In this document: one piece after another, positions 1 through 10,128 of the stretch | Layout of the letters: each line of letters starts with the position of its first letter | Numbering within the stretch: the first letter of the stretch is position 1 | Assembly: GCA_013151695.1 (NCBI GenBank) | Contig: JAADHW010000108.1 | Location: 1-42,227, forward strand | DNA: 42,227 nt | DNA from: Gammaproteobacteria bacterium | Lineage (GTDB): Bacteria > Pseudomonadota > Gammaproteobacteria > Pseudomonadales > Azotimanducaceae | Direction of reading: 5' to 3' | Made by a program: the position numbers and the translations under genes | The notes under the pieces: generated by a model | Seen by the model: only the letters and a program-made list of their open reading frames with translations | Told to the model about the DNA's origin: nothing | The model's database searches: none

Positions 1-322
1 GGGGTAAGGAAAAGTCTGGCGCTTGATGGCCAATCTCAAGCGCACTAGGCGCGTTACTGCTGTAGCCATAGCTATTGCTTAGAATGTCCATGGCCGGTGA
101 TTTTGATGAGGCCTTATACATGGGTGCAGTGTTTGTGGCTGCGCCAGCGGCATAGACGCTAAACGCAGCGGTTAACATGACAACTGATACAGCAATTGAC
201 ACAGCAGCTGACATCAATAGAAGGATGAGTTCCCGCACGCTGCTCATGGGCCAACTTTCATGCATGAAGCGTGACACTTGGTCACGCAACATTATCGGCT
301 CTTCGCTAAATCCGAAGTTCAT
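1..322 (-). CDS. Partial ORF running off the window start: acyl-CoA-dehydrogenase-like N-terminus, hydrophobic segment, then the start of an AhpC/TSA (redoxin)-like domain
   Basis: Not in the ORF track. Manual translation from ATG 322 (AGGAAG upstream) is open to base 2: MNFGFSEEPIMLRDQVSRFMHESWPMSSVRELILLLMSAAVSIAVSVVMLTAAFSVYA...LEIGHQAPDFSLP. The last motif is typical of redoxin N-termini. Confidence 0.6.
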   Translation of the reverse strand, partial: MNFGFSEEPIMLRDQVSRFMHESWPMSSVRELILLLMSAAVSIAVSVVMLTAAFSVYAAGAATNTAPMYKASSKSPAMDILSNSYGYSSNAPSALEIGHQAPDFSLP

Positions 323-342
323 GCGCATACTTCCTAGCAGTA

Positions 343-1212
343 TTAATGCATAGGGTTAATGGGTGGCCAGTTTTCTTTAGCTTCAAGAATTATCTCGCCT
401 ATTTCTTCGACCCCCCACAAACCTTCAGCAAGGTCGCGCTTTGCGATCGGGGTTAATTGCCAAGAAAGCAATGACACGCTATTTCCGCCGACTAAGAATT
501 GGCGACCAGAAACTTCTTTAGCTTCGTCTGTACACAACCAAACAATGGGTGGTGATACAGCTTCAGGTGGGAAATTCGCTTGCATTTCTTCAGGCAGAAT
601 ATCTGTGGTCATGCGTGAGGTAGCGGTGGGCACTAGGGCGTTCACAGTGATACCGTACTTTACACCTTCGAGCCATAGGCAACGCATGAAGCCGGCAATA
701 CCAGCTTTGGCTGCACCATAGTTGGTTTGACCGAAGTTACCCAGTAAGCCCGAAGTAGAGCTTGTCATGATGATTCTACCGCCGTTACCTTGCTCAATCA
801 TTTTGTCGTACGCGATCTTCGTGGTGAGGTAGGTGCCACGTAAATGTACGTTTAGCACGGTGTCCCACATGCTATCGTCCATTTTCTTGAAAGACTTGTC
901 CCGCAAGATACCGGCGTTGGCGATCAGAATGTCGATCTTGCCAAACTCGTCGATAGCGGCTTGGATCATCGCCTCCGCCTCGGCACGCTCGGTGACTGAA
1001 CCGTAATTGGCGATAGCTTTGCCACCTGCAGCCTTTATTTCTTCCACAACGTTGTCGGCCATGGATGAACCGGCACCTGTGCCGTCACGCGACCCGCCGA
1101 GGTCATTGACCACAACGCTTGCACCCTCTTGAGCGAGCAGTAACGCATGTGCGCGGCCTAAGCCGCCACCAGCCCCAGTAACCAGTGCTACTTTGCCGTC
1201 TAGCATTCCCAT
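343..1212 (-). CDS. SDR-family NAD(P)-dependent oxidoreductase (MFE-2/3-hydroxyacyl-CoA dehydrogenase-like)
   Basis: TGAGGGLG, VVVNDLGG, NAGILRD, catalytic YGAAK, GNFGQTNY. Confidence 0.92.
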   Translation of the reverse strand: MGMLDGKVALVTGAGGGLGRAHALLLAQEGASVVVNDLGGSRDGTGAGSSMADNVVEEIKAAGGKAIANYGSVTERAEAEAMIQAAIDEFGKIDILIANAGILRDKSFKKMDDSMWDTVLNVHLRGTYLTTKIAYDKMIEQGNGGRIIMTSSTSGLLGNFGQTNYGAAKAGIAGFMRCLWLEGVKYGITVNALVPTATSRMTTDILPEEMQANFPPEAVSPPIVWLCTDEAKEVSGRQFLVGGNSVSLLSWQLTPIAKRDLAEGLWGVEEIGEIILEAKENWPPINPMH

Positions 1213-1368
1213 ATGATTAACTCCTGTGATTTAAATGGATTCGCCAAGTTTGAACCGGCAGATCTTATTTTTATATAGACAGCCACCGGAACCGGATATT
1301 TTAATGATATTTGTCGACGGTGTAAAAAGTGATGTTTAAATATTTTTTCGTTAGTTAGAGGAGAGACA

Positions 1369-2121
1369 TTGGACGACTTACTAGATTTCAGCGGGCAAGT
1401 CGCCTTAATTACCGGCGGCAGCCGGGGTATGGGTCGTGAAATGGCGTTAGCGTTGGCGCAAAGAGGCGCCGATGTGGTGATCACTAGCCGTAAAGCTGAC
1501 GCCTGCGCAGTGGTTGCGCAAGAAATTGAAGCACTTGGCCGTTGTGCGCTGGCTTACGGTTGTCATGTGGGACATTGGGATGAGTTGCAGGGTTTGGTGG
1601 ATGCGGCTTACGAAAAGTTTGGGCGCATAGATGTGTTGATTAACAATGCCGGTATGTCGCCGGTGTACCCAAAACTCACCGATGTCTCGGAAGAACTTTT
1701 CGACAAGGTTGTTGGGGTTAACTTGAAGGGCCCGTTTCGGCTGATGGCACTGGTTGGTGAGCGCATGGCGGCTGGCGAAGGTGGCAGCATTATCAATATC
1801 AGCAGCACCGCCTCGGTGAACCCATCTCCCCATTCTGAGCCTTATGGTGCGGTTAAATCAGGTCTTAATGCGCTCACACGCTCCTTTGCATTCGCCTATG
1901 GCCCCAAAGTTAGGGTGAATTGCATTGTTGCAGGTCCGTTTCTGACTGATATTTCTAAGGCATGGGATATGCAGGCATTTGAAAAAAATGCCAAAGCAAA
2001 CTTGGCTTTGCAAAGAGGCGGTGAGCCGAATGAAATTGTTGGGGCGGCATTATATTTGGCCAGTCGCTCTTCAAAATTTACCACAGCAACGACGATACGG
2101 GTTGATGGCGGAACCGCCTGA
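1369..2121 (+). CDS. SDR-family oxidoreductase
   Basis: TGGSRGMG, NNAG, YGAVK; TTG start after AGAGGAGAG. Confidence 0.92.
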   Translation: MDDLLDFSGQVALITGGSRGMGREMALALAQRGADVVITSRKADACAVVAQEIEALGRCALAYGCHVGHWDELQGLVDAAYEKFGRIDVLINNAGMSPVYPKLTDVSEELFDKVVGVNLKGPFRLMALVGERMAAGEGGSIINISSTASVNPSPHSEPYGAVKSGLNALTRSFAFAYGPKVRVNCIVAGPFLTDISKAWDMQAFEKNAKANLALQRGGEPNEIVGAALYLASRSSKFTTATTIRVDGGTA

Positions 2122-2347
2122 AGAAGAGGTACCAGAAGAAGTAAATGCATCGCTCATCGATGTATTGGATCTGCTTGCTCAGGAAGTGGAGCGGCTCAAG
2201 GTGGGTTTAGAGTGGTGTCGGTTGTCACAGCATGCAGATAAAGAGCGCCTCATCAGTTGGTATGTTCAGCAGATAGATATGCGGCAAGATCGCTTGGAAG
2301 AGATGAAGGCGGTCATTCTTGCGAGTGGAGATGACGCCGTTCACTGA
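2105..2347 (+). CDS. Small hypothetical helical protein (about 80 aa)
   Basis: 3' part of ORF 1979..2347; ATG 2105 overlaps the SDR end; MAEPPEEEVPEEVNASLIDVLDLLAQEVERLK... has a heptad-like pattern. Confidence 0.5.
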   Translation: MAEPPEEEVPEEVNASLIDVLDLLAQEVERLKVGLEWCRLSQHADKERLISWYVQQIDMRQDRLEEMKAVILASGDDAVH

Positions 2348-3185
2348 TTAACCTCGATACACAAGTGACCACTTCGGCTGCATGGTCTCGATGATATAGC
2401 TTGGACAAGGTGGCCAACCCTCCAGGGTTGGCTAGATTCACCTCAACCAAGTAACCCCCACAGGTGTCGATCGCAGCGAAGCCAACATGTTGTTGGCATA
2501 GATCGCGGTGAATTTGGGTGACCAAGAGTACCTCAGCCTGACTCAGTTCATGACCTATGGTGTTGGCGTGGGTTGCCAGATTAGCTGTTAGGGCTCCTTT
2601 TTGCGGAACACGGCGATAGCTGCCAATAATCTGCGATCCACACACTATGGTACGCACCTCACCCTGCACGATATCTTCGATATAGCGTTGCAGCACCCAA
2701 TAACCTGGACGCGATTGCGTAGCAGCAGGGATCTCGTCTGGATGTTTAATATGCTGCACATAAGCTCCGAAACTTCCTGCGGGAGGCTTCAAAACCCATT
2801 GCCCACCGTGTGTTTTCGCAAACTCCACAAGTTGTGTGGTGTTGACAGAGACGATGGTGAGGGGAGCAGTATCCAACCACGCAGATTTCCCGTGTAGCCC
2901 CAGTAGGGTGTGTATTGGGGTAATCAAATGATGCTGTGGTATAAGCCCTAAAAGTTGTGCACGATCGAGAAAAGTGCGCCGCGGGCCAAAGCCTATTGGC
3001 CAAACGAGGTCTACTGATGTGGCAGCATGTTGAGCGATTTTGACTTGATTGTCTTGATGGTGAACATCGTCGTGAGAACAAACGATAACGCGCCATCCGG
3101 CATCGGAAAATGCCTCGGGTAGCCGTATGTGGTTGTCGTTGTGGTCTGTGCTTGGAGAGATAAGAAATACAATGGATGGCGTCAT
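2313..3185 (-). CDS. ATP-grasp ligase, divergent glutathione synthetase/RimK-like
   Basis: WVLKPPAGSFG, LQRYI, GEVR, ANLA, IDT...EVNLANPGG ATP-grasp motifs; start taken at ATG 3185 (track start 3206). Confidence 0.75.
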   Translation of the reverse strand: MTPSIVFLISPSTDHNDNHIRLPEAFSDAGWRVIVCSHDDVHHQDNQVKIAQHAATSVDLVWPIGFGPRRTFLDRAQLLGLIPQHHLITPIHTLLGLHGKSAWLDTAPLTIVSVNTTQLVEFAKTHGGQWVLKPPAGSFGAYVQHIKHPDEIPAATQSRPGYWVLQRYIEDIVQGEVRTIVCGSQIIGSYRRVPQKGALTANLATHANTIGHELSQAEVLLVTQIHRDLCQQHVGFAAIDTCGGYLVEVNLANPGGLATLSKLYHRDHAAEVVTCVSRLISERRHLHSQE

Positions 3186-3264
3186 TATTGGCTGCTTCGG
3201 TTGCACATTGTTCTAGGTGTGGGCTATTCGCTTTTCTGATGCTTACTCACTAGAATTCGTATTT

Positions 3265-4314
3265 ATGAGTACCCATAGCCTACCAGACTACACGTTGCCA
3301 GCGGAGCAAGTGCCGCTAGTGGCAGCTTGTGAACTCGATTTTGGTGAGCGCGATGAGCTAAAAACACGAATTGCTCAGCGCTTGAAACACCTTGGCGCGA
3401 CGTTAATTGCCCACTACTACGTAGACGGAGACATCCAAGACCTGGCCGAGGAAACCGGCGGGTATGTGTCAGATTCGTTAGCCATGGCGCGTTTTGGTCG
3501 CGATTGTGACAGTGACACGCTGATTGTATCTGGGGTTCGATTCATGGGCGAAACGGCGAAAATTCTTTCGCCGGAAAAACAAGTTTTTATGCCCACTTTA
3601 CAAGCTGAGTGTTCTTTAGATCTAGGCTGCCTGCCGGATGAATTTGCCGAATTCATTACGCAACATCCAGATCGTACGGTGGTGGTTTATGCTAATACGT
3701 CGGCCAAGGTCAAGGCGTTGTCAGATTGGGTGGTGACCAGCAGCTGTGCATTGGAAATAGTCTCACACCTAAAAGACCAAGGCGAAAAGATACTGTGGGC
3801 CCCGGATCAACATTTGGGACGTTACATACAATCACAAACCCAGGCGGATATGTTGTTGTGGCGAGGTGCATGTGTGGTACACGAAGAGTTTAAATCTCAA
3901 GCGCTGATCGATCTTTGCAAGGTGTACCCAGATGCCGCAGTATTGGTGCATCCAGAATCGCCGACTGCGGTGATTGAATTGGCAGATGCAGTGGGCTCCA
4001 CCAGTGCCATTATTAAGGCCGCGCACGATTTACCTAACGACATTTTCATTGTTGCTACCGACCGCGGTATTTTTCACAAACTTAGACAGTTGAATCCTGG
4101 CAAACGTTTCATAGAGGCACCAACCGCTGGAGATGGCGCAACCTGTCGAAGTTGTGCCCATTGTCCTTGGATGGCTATGAATGAATTGCGAACCTTAGAT
4201 AGGTTGTTGGACGACTCGTCTTATCGTGCACAAAATGAAATTCATGTTGATGCAGATTTAGGTATTCGTGCCAAACGGCCCCTCGATAGAATGCTCGCCT
4301 TTCAGCAAAGATAG
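3265..4314 (+). CDS. nadA: Quinolinate synthase
   Basis: [49 protein letters not shown] (Fe-S cysteines); likely start ATG 3265. Confidence 0.97.
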   Translation: MSTHSLPDYTLPAEQVPLVAACELDFGERDELKTRIAQRLKHLGATLIAHYYVDGDIQDLAEETGGYVSDSLAMARFGRDCDSDTLIVSGVRFMGETAKILSPEKQVFMPTLQAECSLDLGCLPDEFAEFITQHPDRTVVVYANTSAKVKALSDWVVTSSCALEIVSHLKDQGEKILWAPDQHLGRYIQSQTQADMLLWRGACVVHEEFKSQALIDLCKVYPDAAVLVHPESPTAVIELADAVGSTSAIIKAAHDLPNDIFIVATDRGIFHKLRQLNPGKRFIEAPTAGDGATCRSCAHCPWMAMNELRTLDRLLDDSSYRAQNEIHVDADLGIRAKRPLDRMLAFQQR

Positions 4315-4342
4315 CGATTTAAGACTACCACCCTGCAATAAA

Positions 4343-5823
4343 TTAGCTTTGATGCTGACGAATAGCGGTGCGAAGATTTTGAATTTTTTGGGTTAATTTG
4401 GCGGTCAGCTGGGGATTGCTGCGTCGAACTAGTCGCTGGGCATATTCCAGGTGTTGAATGGCACGGTGATAGGCGCCGTGAAAGAAAAAGTACTCAGCAC
4501 GGGCTAGATGTACCCCGGTGATATTTCCCGCTAGACCTGCAGTTTCAGCGAGCTCGTACCAAACATCGATGTCATTGCCGCGCACCTTAGATTGACGGGT
4601 AAGCACTGCTTCTGCTTCTTCGTGCAGGGCATCTGCGTTGAGGGCTTTGGCATACAGCATGGACAACGGTGCGTTGTCAGGGTTGAGGACCAACTGGTGA
4701 GAAGGTCTCGCGCAAGCTTGGTACGGTCGGCTGAAATCAACAATTCCGCATAAGCTGCGTTGTACAGAATGCTCTGTGGATTCAGGTTGAGGAAGGTTTC
4801 TACGCGATCTAATGCTTCATCATGGTCGCCATTTTTGCTCAGAGATAAAGCAAGCCCATAGTTTGCGGCGCGGTTACCCACATTTTCCTTCAGCTGTTTG
4901 CGGTATAAGGTAATCCCTTGTGCAGGGTTTTTCTGGTAATGCACCTGGGCGCGAACGCGCATCAACTGGAAGTCTAATGAATCTTGCAACTTCCCTCGGG
5001 GGAGATCCATCGCTTGGTTCCTGGCATCTGTGATACGGGTTTCAGACAGGGGGTGGGTACGCAAAAATTCAGGTAGTTTGCGAGTAAAGCGATAGGTCCG
5101 CTGCATGCGCTCAAACATACGAGACATCGCGGCCGGGTCATGCTCGGCTCGAACCAGCGTGTTTAAGCCAACGCGGTCAGCCTCGGTTTCGCGGACTCGA
5201 CTAAAACGCAGTCGTCTGGCTTGTCCGGCAGCCTGCACTGTACTTAGGGCGGCGATTGCCGCATCACCCCCTCCGGCAGCACCAACAATTAAAGCTGCAA
5301 TGAGTGCGGCGATATTGGGTAGTGCGTTTGCTCTTTGTTCTTCTACTCCTCGTGCAAAATGACGCTGGCTCAAGTGGGCAAGCTCATGGGCCATAACAGA
5401 AGAGTACTCGTGAACATCTTGGGCCACTAACAACAGACCGAGGTTAATTCCCACGATGCCACCCGGGACAGCGAAGGCATTAATTTCGGGGTTATCTACG
5501 ATAACCACTTGTAGAATTGCTTCACGTAAACCGGAGTGTTGAGCAAGGTTGTTGAGGTGACCTGATACAAAGTACTTAATCATCGGGTCATTGGTGGTGC
5601 GTAGGGTGGAATGTAATTGTTTAAGAAAGGCTTGACCAATTTGCTTTTCGAGTTGCGGCGAAATTGTCCTAGATGAAGCATCTCCAAGGCTGGGTAGGGC
5701 GGGCTTACTGCTGGCAAAAACGTTGGCACTCATGGTGCCGTCCAGTACTAGATACAATACTAAAGCCGTTATGCACGATACGTGCTTAAATTGTCTTGTT
5801 GTTTTTAGCATGGCAGTAATCAT
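4343..5823 (-). pseudogene. bepA: BepA/YfgC M48 metalloprotease with TPRs, split by an apparent frameshift near 4700 (may be a sequencing artefact)
   Basis: INAFAVPGG, HELAHLSQRH zinc motif, ETEADRVG, THP in ORF 4531..5823; the TPR C-terminus continues in ORF 4343..4693; synteny with nadA and tusA. Confidence 0.85.
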
Positions 5824-5876
5824 ACGCCTTTTGTGGATTTCAGTTGCACCACGTGCGTGTCATACTTTGATCCCAT

Positions 5877-6110
5877 ATGGATACAGAAGTTCGAGAATTA
5901 GACGTAAAGGGGTTGAATTGCCCGATGCCGCTGCTAAAAGCCAAAAAAGCACTGAATGAAATGGCCGCTGCCCAACGCCTTCGCGTGTTTGCCACCGATC
6001 CTGGCTCCGTGAGAGATTTCGAAGTGTTTGCACGCCAAAGTGGTCACCAACTGCTGGAATCAACTGAGGCGCACGGCATTTACAGTTATTTGTTGCAGAA
6101 GAAAGCGTGA
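5877..6110 (+). CDS. tusA: Sulfurtransferase TusA/SirA family
   Basis: LDVKGLNCPMPLLK, ATDPGSVRDF. Confidence 0.9.
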   Translation: MDTEVRELDVKGLNCPMPLLKAKKALNEMAAAQRLRVFATDPGSVRDFEVFARQSGHQLLESTEAHGIYSYLLQKKA

Positions 6111-7195
6111 AGTTTCTGCATGTCATAGAAGACTGGCTAAATCAGCATTTCTCCAACGAAGAGGCCATTTATTTAGTTGTATTGATCACCGTTATCCTCG
6201 TGGCATTGGCTACTTTAGGCAGTGTCCTGGCGCCGGTGTTAACCGGCTTGGTCGTTGCGTTTTTGCTACAGGGTTTGGTTAAGTCCCTCGAGCGCTCAAA
6301 AATGCCACGACTCATGGCGGTGTTGGTTTCGTTTTTTCTGTTTCTCAGCATCGTGTTTGCACTGGTATTGGTGGTTGTTCCTTTGTTGTGGCAACAACTG
6401 CAAGGGCTTCTAGAGTTGCTACCAGCCGTGGTGGGTCGTGCAAGAGAAGGTATGGAAGAGCTGGCGGTTCGATTTCCAGAATATGTCACCCCAGACCAAA
6501 TATCGTCCCTTCTTGACCAGGGCGCGCGCGAGCTAGGTAACATCAGTGGTAGCGTGCTTGAAACGGCGTTTTCCCAAGTGTTTTCTTTACTGGGCTTGTT
6601 GCTCTATTTAGTCTTAGTACCCATCTCTGTGTTCTTTTTTTTGAAAGACAAAGATCAGCTGCTCGAATGGATGGGTACGTTATTGCCCAATGATCGCCCA
6701 TTGCTGATCGCAGTAGGCAACGAAATGAACGAGCAGTTAGGAAACTACGTGCGCGGTAAGGCCATAGAAATATTACTGGTTGGCGCAACGACGTTTATTT
6801 GTTTTAGCTTGCTGGGCTTAAATTATGCAGCCTTGCTGAGTGTGCTGGTTGGCATATCGGTACTTATCCCCTTTGTCGGTGCGGCATTGGTGACTATCCC
6901 TGTGTTTATAGTTGCGGTTATTCAATTCGGTTGGACCTGGGACTTAGGTCTCGTGATGATCGTTTACGGTGTCATCCAATTTCTAGACGGCAATGTGTTG
7001 GTACCTTTGTTATTTTCTGAAGCGGTAGACCTGCATCCCATCACTATCATTGTTGCTGTATTGGCATTTGGTGGGCTATGGGGTGTGTGGGGTGTGTTTT
7101 TTGCCATTCCTTTAGCGACGCTGATTAAGGCCATATACAAAGCATGGCCGCGGATTGAAAGGCGAGATGCGGTGGACGAAGCGCCTAGCAGTTGA
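6107..7195 (+). CDS. AI-2E family transporter (PerM-like)
   Basis: Multi-TM protein; NYVRGK, IPFVGA, QFLDGNVLVP, LHP, GVFFAIPLA. Confidence 0.9.
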   Translation: MKFLHVIEDWLNQHFSNEEAIYLVVLITVILVALATLGSVLAPVLTGLVVAFLLQGLVKSLERSKMPRLMAVLVSFFLFLSIVFALVLVVVPLLWQQLQGLLELLPAVVGRAREGMEELAVRFPEYVTPDQISSLLDQGARELGNISGSVLETAFSQVFSLLGLLLYLVLVPISVFFFLKDKDQLLEWMGTLLPNDRPLLIAVGNEMNEQLGNYVRGKAIEILLVGATTFICFSLLGLNYAALLSVLVGISVLIPFVGAALVTIPVFIVAVIQFGWTWDLGLVMIVYGVIQFLDGNVLVPLLFSEAVDLHPITIIVAVLAFGGLWGVWGVFFAIPLATLIKAIYKAWPRIERRDAVDEAPSS

Positions 7196-7270
7196 GTTGT
7201 TATTAGACGTGGGTTGTTACTCATGCGTCGCCTGCGTACCATTCCGCTTTTCTTTGCTTAGGCCATTGGC

Positions 7271-8146
7271 ATGCTAAAAGGCAGTATCGTTGCACTGGTA
7301 ACCCCCATGGCGTCCAACGGGGACGTGGATTGGGCTGCATTAGACTCACTTATCGAGTGGCATATCGAGCAGGGTACTCACGGTATTGTACCTATGGGCA
7401 CCACGGGTGAATCGGCCACCTTAGATACGCGCGAGCACCTCCAAGTTATTAAACGCACCATTGAGGTGGTGAATAAGCGTATTCCAGTGGTTGCGGGCAC
7501 TGGCAGTAATTCCACCAGCGAAGCGATTCATCAAACCCAAGAAGCGCAAGCTGCAGGTGCCGATGCTTGCTTGTTGGTTACACCTTATTACAATAAGCCC
7601 ACCCAGGAAGGTTTGGTGCACCATTACACCGCTATTGCCGATGCCACCGATATTCCATTGGTCTTATATAATGTACCCCCGCGCACCGCATGTGATATGC
7701 AAGCTGACACCGTTGCAAAACTCAGCACCAACCCGAAAATTGTGGGTATTAAGGAAGCCTGTGGTGACGCTCATCGGGTGGCGGATATTCGCCAGCTAGT
7801 GAGTGACAAATTCTTCATTTTATCTGGAGAAGATGCACAAACGTTACAGATGTTTGATTTTGGTGGTGTGGGTGCTATTTCTGTCACCGCCAATGTATTA
7901 CCCAAGGAATTGGCTGACTTTTGTAACGCCTACCTAAATGGGGATCGAGATGCTGCAGTTGCTTGGGATGAAAAGTTGCAACCTATTCACGACATTCTCT
8001 TTTGCGAACCTTCTCCAACACCAACCAAATGGGCATTGCATCTGATGGGGAGAATCGATACGGGTATCCGCTTGCCTTTGTTGCCGCTAACACAGGCAAA
8101 TCATGCACAGTTACATCGTCGACTGACTTCTGTAGGAGCCCTGTAG
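7271..8146 (+). CDS. dapA: 4-hydroxy-tetrahydrodipicolinate synthase
   Basis: GTTGESATL, GTGSNST, PYYNKP, LYNVP, GIKEA. Confidence 0.97.
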   Translation: MLKGSIVALVTPMASNGDVDWAALDSLIEWHIEQGTHGIVPMGTTGESATLDTREHLQVIKRTIEVVNKRIPVVAGTGSNSTSEAIHQTQEAQAAGADACLLVTPYYNKPTQEGLVHHYTAIADATDIPLVLYNVPPRTACDMQADTVAKLSTNPKIVGIKEACGDAHRVADIRQLVSDKFFILSGEDAQTLQMFDFGGVGAISVTANVLPKELADFCNAYLNGDRDAAVAWDEKLQPIHDILFCEPSPTPTKWALHLMGRIDTGIRLPLLPLTQANHAQLHRRLTSVGAL

Positions 8147-9273
8147 TGCGGTACTTTTCTCAAGCTGCCGTTGTAATATTGGTTGTTATTAGCCTGACAT
8201 CTTGCGGCTGGATGAATGACGGAGAAGGTTTGATCATCAACCCAGATGATGACTATCTAGACGCGCGACAAGATAGCGTGCTGGTTGTGCCAGATGATCT
8301 TGCGAATTTGGAAGATACAGACCCATTCCCAATTCCGCACACGCCTGCTTCTGGTAACCCGCGATTTTACCCTAAGCGACCGCCGTTGCCGGATGCTATT
8401 TATGCCAACGAAAATAGAGATGAGGTGCGCATCCAACGTTTAGGCACAAGGCAGTGGCTGGTGATCCCAGAACCTCCCACTACTGCTTGGCCAAAACTCA
8501 AACAGTTTATGGCTGACAATGGCGTGGCAATTGAGTTTGACGCGCCCAGCGTTGGTCGGCTCAACACGCAGTGGTTAAAGATTGATGAGCCAAGCTATCG
8601 TGATGTGGTCAGAACTCTGCTTAAAGATGCAAAACAAGCTGCCGGGCTAAATGTGGGTCAAGATCGTTTTCTCATCAAAGTGGAACAAGGTTTAAGACCA
8701 CGTACCACAGAGATCCATATTCGACATGAAAACGATAGCCTGACATTGCCAGTTGATGACAGCATCGTTAGCTTGGATGTCCTAAATTCAGATGTGGTGG
8801 TAGCAGAAGCTGATCTGCTTAACGAGGTTGGTGCCTACATTGCAGCAAAAGTTGCTGAACAAACGGTGTCTAAGGTTGCCTTGCAAATTGGTAGTTTGCG
8901 AAAATCTGAGCTTTCCCGGGATGACGAGGGTTTACCGGTCCTAAAACTCTACCTAGATTACGAACGCGCATGGGCGACCATGGGCCAGGCATTGGGCAAT
9001 GCAGGTGTTGAAATTTCAGATCTCAATCGACAAAACGGCGTGTTTTTTGTCAAAGTGAACGAGGCAACCTTTGGCGGTGAAGAGGAATCGCGCTTCCTGT
9101 GTCGGCTTACCTTTTCATGTGAGCGCAACGAGGGTGTAGATTTGCAGATACGTGTGGTTGGGTCTGCGGAGCGTGTTTTTAATGTCAGCGTGTTTCAGGC
9201 TCCAGGTGATGAACCGGCGGACCCAGAGCTGGCGCAACAAGTTTTGGTATTGATCAAAGAATTCTCAGGCTAA
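8146..9273 (+). CDS. bamC: Outer membrane protein assembly lipoprotein BamC/NlpB
   Basis: GTG 8146 gives a signal peptide with lipobox LTSC; DYLDA, WPKLKQF, RAW motifs; directly after dapA. Confidence 0.85.
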   Translation: MRYFSQAAVVILVVISLTSCGWMNDGEGLIINPDDDYLDARQDSVLVVPDDLANLEDTDPFPIPHTPASGNPRFYPKRPPLPDAIYANENRDEVRIQRLGTRQWLVIPEPPTTAWPKLKQFMADNGVAIEFDAPSVGRLNTQWLKIDEPSYRDVVRTLLKDAKQAAGLNVGQDRFLIKVEQGLRPRTTEIHIRHENDSLTLPVDDSIVSLDVLNSDVVVAEADLLNEVGAYIAAKVAEQTVSKVALQIGSLRKSELSRDDEGLPVLKLYLDYERAWATMGQALGNAGVEISDLNRQNGVFFVKVNEATFGGEEESRFLCRLTFSCERNEGVDLQIRVVGSAERVFNVSVFQAPGDEPADPELAQQVLVLIKEFSG

Positions 9274-10085
9274 TGGGGTTTGCCTCCATCGGCAGTGGCT
9301 CTAGGGGAAATGGAACGCTCATTTCTCTGGGACGTGATGCATGCAGCGACGAATGTAATGGCCGGGTGTTCTTGGTCGATTGTGGGTTTTCGCTCAAGCA
9401 ATGTGAAAAACGTTTGGCGCAACGCGGATTGAGCGGTGGCGATATCGACGCCATCTTAGTGAGCCATGAACATGCTGATCACATCTCGGGCGTGGCGCCG
9501 TTAGCTCACAAGTATTCAATTCCTGTGTATGGCTCCTATGGAACCGTTAGAAAATTACCTATGGGCCTGCATGCCCACACCTTTGACTCAGACGTGCCTT
9601 TTAATGTTGATGGCGTGCTCATCAACCCTGTGTGTGTGCCTCATGATGCGCGCGAGCCGACACAATTTGTCTTACAAGATGGCACCGAGAAGGTGGGTGT
9701 GTTGTCTGATCTTGGATCAGTGACACAACATGTGGTGGCGCAATTTAGTGGATGTACACATTTGTTATTAGAAGCTAACCATGACCGCGGCATGCTTATG
9801 GCTGGTAGTTATCCAGCACAGCTAAAACGCAGGGTGGCAGCAGACTATGGGCACTTGTCCAACCAACAGGCGTTGCAGCTTTTGCAAGACATTGCGCACG
9901 AAGATCTGCATGTGGTTATTGGTCACGTCAGTGAACAAAACAACGATGTAAAAATTCTGCACGCACTGTTCGAATCGATGCAATCGAAGGTCAAATCGCT
10001 GCGAATTGCTACCCAGAAAGAGGGCTTTGATTGGTTAGGTGTGCGCCCTTTGATTCGGCAAATATCCTTTAGCGAGGTGTTGTAA
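9273..10085 (+). CDS. MBL-fold metallo-hydrolase (YycJ/WalJ-like)
   Basis: GSGSRGN, HEHADH, PHDAREP, EANHD, GHLSN. Confidence 0.92.
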   Translation: MGFASIGSGSRGNGTLISLGRDACSDECNGRVFLVDCGFSLKQCEKRLAQRGLSGGDIDAILVSHEHADHISGVAPLAHKYSIPVYGSYGTVRKLPMGLHAHTFDSDVPFNVDGVLINPVCVPHDAREPTQFVLQDGTEKVGVLSDLGSVTQHVVAQFSGCTHLLLEANHDRGMLMAGSYPAQLKRRVAADYGHLSNQQALQLLQDIAHEDLHVVIGHVSEQNNDVKILHALFESMQSKVKSLRIATQKEGFDWLGVRPLIRQISFSEVL

Positions 10086-10128
10086 GATGCGCACTTCATT
10101 AACAACACCAGAGTCGGCTTAGTCACCC

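Noticed and set aside
2313-3185. Naming the ATP-grasp gene gshB
   Set aside because: Key loop motifs differ from canonical GshB, so the symbol is withheld.
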